This document shows positions 60,050 through 64,000 of a stretch of 64,000 nucleotides of DNA, one piece after another. The stretch is taken from the NCBI GenBank assembly GCA_951406725.2, contig OX597823.1:2604001-2668000 (forward strand), read 5' to 3'. Source of the DNA: Octopus vulgaris. Taxonomy: Eukaryota. The first letter of the stretch is position 1. The number at the start of each line of letters is the position of its first letter. A program made the position numbers and the translations under genes. The notes beneath the pieces are model-generated. The model saw only the letters and a program-made list of their open reading frames with translations. It was not told where the DNA came from and made no database searches.

Positions 60050-60760
60050 ATAGAAAGGATTGATCATGTCAAAAGCTCGGTATGGTGTACCGACAAGTTT
60101 ATGACATCTCACTTTGAAGGCTGCTTCCATTGTAATTCAAGAACAAAAGATCCCCACCAAGTATCTACTGAGTAAAGGGCGGAAAGCATTGACAGACAAT
60201 AAATGTGAGCTGTGCAAAACCAAGACTGAAGACATCAACCACATTATTGTCAACTGTGAGAGAATGTCTTCGTATGCGGCATGATATGATGGAGAGAAAA
60301 ATCTGGAAGAAGATAAGAAAAGAAAACACCCACAGACGAAATTGACTATATTAAGGTGGATGGGTGAAAAGAATATTAGTGGAACTTATAAATTCTAACA
60401 GCCACCAACTTACAATACAATCAACCAGATATTGTCGCGTGAGACCATAAAGAAAAGATATGTTCTGTTGTAGAAATCAGCTGCACCCTGGACACCGATG
60501 TGGTTAGAAAAATACAAGAGAAAGAGGACATCTATGGATCATAGATAAAGAATTTGCAAATATAGTACCCAATACAGACTTTTAGCTTCATGCTCATTAT
60601 TATTGTAATAACAGGATACACACCAACCCATCTGGAGCAAAGCATGGCTGAACTTGAGATCTCGGGGAGAGAGCGTAAATCCTTAATTCACATCCTACAA
60701 ATGATCACGACGTGTGAAACTAAATGAAATTTGCAAAATCCTTCTTAAGATTTAACAGAT
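60050..60760 (+). mobile_element. Degraded restriction-like-endonuclease LINE C-terminus (related piece at about 57600-57900)
   Basis: CELC...EDINHIIVNC and QPDIV...VEISC motifs. Confidence 0.7.
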
Positions 60761-60872
60761 GACGAGCAAAACAAGATGCTTTCCCGTTATTAAGAGGGTG
60801 GCCGGTCAAAACTTAAAAAGGGTGAAACAAAACATACATCCATACACACAAACGCAAACGAAACAAACTTAC

Positions 60873-60918
60873 CTTCTGAGTTGCTGAACCACAACGAATT
60901 GCGAAGCTGTCTGCAAAT
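60873..60918 (-). other. Putative non-coding exon 1 (5' UTR) of the lipoxygenase
   Basis: About 30 nt downstream of TATAAAAG, with an Inr-like GCATTT. No ATG. Ends in a consensus donor AAG|gtaagt. Same strand as the LOX, whose first coding exon begins with an acceptor. Confidence 0.6.
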
Positions 60919-60942
60919 GCGCTCAAGATGTAAAGCGCACGA

Positions 60943-60952
60943 CTTTTATATA
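60943..60952 (-). promoter_or_regulatory. Putative TATA box (TATATAAAAG)
   Basis: Consensus TATAWAWR in unique, non-repetitive sequence at the expected spacing from the Inr-like site and donor. Confidence 0.6.
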
Positions 60953-61089
60953 CGCTGTTACTGCAACCACTACTACTACTACTACTACCTCCACCACCAA
61001 CAGCACTTCCAACAATACCATTAACACCACCACCACCTCTTTTACTACTACTACTACTACTACGACTACTACTACTACTACTGCTGCTG

Positions 61090-61132
<43 letters not shown>

Positions 61133-61442
61133 CTCATTTCACACGTACACCGACACGCGGTCGTACAATGAAATACATACATGTGTAGGTGTCAGTTGTG
61201 TCTTTGCATGTCAACCATAATATGCATATATATGTATGCATGTTTGTATGTGTCTAAGCATATATATATATATATATATATATATACATTCCTTCTTCTT
61301 CTTCTTCTTCTTCTTATTATTATTATTATGTTTATATCAATAATAACAATATAATTATACTTATAGTAATCTTCACTAGACCATACATATTATAATAGAT
61401 TCTAACATATCAGAAAATTACGAAACAAGATTAAACATATAT

Positions 61443-62444
61443 TTGTATATATATATAAAACTGAGAGTGTGTGTCTGTCTGTGTGCTTCCCTAAAACTTG
61501 AGAACTACACAACCAATTTCATTCAAATTCTACACATGCCTTACTTAGGGTCCATGTAGTTTCATAGGCAAAAAAAATGTCCAACATCTTGCCTAGAGCG
61601 AGCCCATAGCAATATCATATCTTCTCCACTATTTCAGTATTATGTGTTAAAAAGTGAAACAAAAATATTTCTCTATTTTATGTCAGATACTTTCACTTTA
61701 ACAATAAAAATTATAATAACAATTGAATTATATGTAGTAAGTGATAATTAAAATCATGCTAAAGTATAATATAAGTAAAAATAGCAATTAGTATAAAATT
61801 GCATCAATGATTTGAAATTGAATAAGTGGTTTCACATGAATGGGAATAAATTAAAAATAAAATTAGCGTGCAGAAATGGAATAGTCCAGATGGATGATAA
61901 AAAATTAAATTAAAGAAAAGACTATTGTCTATAAAGTATACAATGTGGAGAAAAAAGAGGATTTGAACACATGGAGGAAAGCACCTTCGAAAAGTGTCTT
62001 GGTGCGACTATGAAAGTTATCTAATCAGAGGCGGTAAATTCGCCACAATAGAAGCAAGGTTCGAGGGAGTACTCGACTCGAACTTGCAAAGTGGAAATGT
62101 TTTATTTTTACCTTTATATCTGGGATGTAGGACGTCCCGGAAAAAATGTTTTAATCCCCCCCACCCCCGAAGTAGAGGTAGGCTGGATTGTAGCCACACT
62201 TCTATACAAGAGGGAGGACAAGATACAATTAATCGAAATTATAAGAGACGGGCTAACAATTCCAGTCTGTTATATATTTTGAGTATTGTTATCACTAGCG
62301 ATATCAAGATATAACTTTGTATTTTGTATTTTATGTGTAGATGTATATATATAGATGTACATGTAATATGTACATATATATATACATACACATATATACA
62401 TGCACTAGCACTATGACCCGGCAACGACGGGTCTTTAATGCTAG
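61443..62444 (+). mobile_element. Non-autonomous Helitron
   Basis: TATATATAAAA start followed by a (GT/CTGT) tract; 3' hairpin GACCCG-GCAACGA-CGGGTC then CTAG|T. Confidence 0.8.
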
Positions 62445-62506
62445 TATATATCTATATATTCATACATATAATATATGTATACAAATATAAATGAATATAA
62501 ACATAT

Positions 62507-63729
62507 GTTAGTTAGTTAGTTAGTTAGTTAGTTAATTTGGCTGAAAAGCAAATAGCAAGGCCATGTAGGGGGACATGGAGTTAAGTACAGGGTGGTGTTC
62601 ATGTAAAGAGTTCAGGCCACTTGAGGTCAAGGGAGGCTTTGAACAAAGCGGTCGTCGGCATCTTCACCATCTCGTCTGGCAGCTTGTTCCACGGATCCGC
62701 AACCCGGACGGAGAAAGCTCCTCTCCTTCGATTGAGATGAAATCGTCGCAGGTAGAGCTTTTCGGAATGACCCCGCAGCCGACGCTCTGGAGCCGGAGTG
62801 AAGAACAGCTCTTTCGAGAGTTTACACTTTCCGCTTATGATGTTGTGGGCGAGAATGAGATCACCACGGCGGCGGCGTTTTTCTAGAGAATAAAGGTCGA
62901 GCGTCCTCAGCCATTCTTCATAGGAAAAACTTTTGAGACCATGAACCATGCGGGTAGCCAGCTTGTGGACTCTTTCGAGATACTGTATGTCTTTGAGGAG
63001 ATAAGGAGAAGAGGCTTGAATCCCGTACTCCAATATGGGTCTCACCAGCGTGACATAGAGTGGTAGGAATATGGCTGCTGTGAGCATTCCGAATGACCGT
63101 CGAATCAAGAACAGAATTCCACGTGCTTTGTTGGCAGCATGGACGCACTGGGCCGAAGGCGAAAAGGAGGAATCCACCAAGATACCCAGGTCCTTTACCT
63201 GATCGGTCCTCTCCAGCAGCAGACGACCCGGCTCGAAATCAAGTTGAGTTGCAGGAGGAGAGCCAACAGGCAGATGACAGCACTTTGACACGTTCAAACA
63301 CAGGTCCCATTCGTTAGACCACCTCTAAATTTGGTGGAGGCATCGACGAAGATCCTCTATATCACCGCGAGGAGCGACCAGTTTGACATCGTCGGCAAAT
63401 AGAAGGGTGTGTTGCGTGAGGTCGTCGGGCAAGTCATTTATGAAGACTAAGAACAATAAGGGCCCAAGCACTGAACCTTGAGGCACGCCACTGCTCGCAC
63501 TGGAGACGTCGGATCGCGAACCATTAACTTGGACTTGGAAGGAGCAATCTGAGAGGAAGGCACCAACCCATCGTACAATATCCGGATGGAAATTATATGC
63601 TTGAAGCTTGACAAGTAATAGGCGGTGGTTAACCGAGTCAAAAGCTTTGGCAAAGTCCAATAAAACGATGTCAACAGCATCACTATCATCGAGGATGCGC
63701 GTCACCAATTCTTCCATTACCAGTAACAT
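62507..63729 (-). mobile_element. 5'-truncated CR1/L2-group LINE RT with (TAAC)n tail
   Basis: LDFAKAFDSV, GVPQGSVLGPLLF and FADD. The two ORFs are in one frame, broken by a single TAG. Confidence 0.93.
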
Positions 63730-64000
63730 ACAGTTAGAATATGGTTAGCATTGTATACATCCTAATACAAAGAAAATCAATTGTAATATCCAAAATAAAT
63801 AATTTTTATCTTTTCGTCAAAGCTGAAGTTAAGCCATAATAATTATGCTCTATGTTATATTAATATTAAAAATGTTCAACATAATGTATTTATATATGTA
63901 TATGGCGTATGGTATATCTATTTTATTTCATCGAATTGACCATGAAGGTCGTACATAGATAAATGTAGCTGCGGGCTGGACAGAAACATTAATGTGTATG

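Overview
Eukaryotic, AT-rich DNA full of microsatellites and transposons. The SINE families and repeat landscape best fit a coleoid cephalopod such as Octopus (inference). The one host gene is a minus-strand lipoxygenase that I spliced by hand. It has a putative TATA box and non-coding exon 1 at about 60.9 kb, then 8 phase-compatible coding exons (37112-36909, 33100-33059, 25067-24967, 22442-22310, 20116-20021, 13719-13623, 6997-6880, 5516-5424) giving about 294 aa. Its C-terminal half must lie left of the window. The protein is atypical: nearly all of the PLAT domain and the helix-alpha2 segment are not found, the Coffa site is Ala, and a conserved Glu is Gln. The introns are filled with degraded Penelope-like elements, R4/Dong-like and CR1/L1-like LINEs, a Gypsy remnant, mariners, Helitrons and several SINE families. 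The most notable non-coding signal is a set of minimal type I hammerhead ribozyme motifs. Several have non-canonical cores in which positions 3 and 8 co-vary (A3-U8, U3-A8, G3-C8), and one canonical copy sits downstream of a tRNA-derived Pol III head. Exon boundaries and ribozyme coordinates were counted base by base; most transposon boundaries are approximate.
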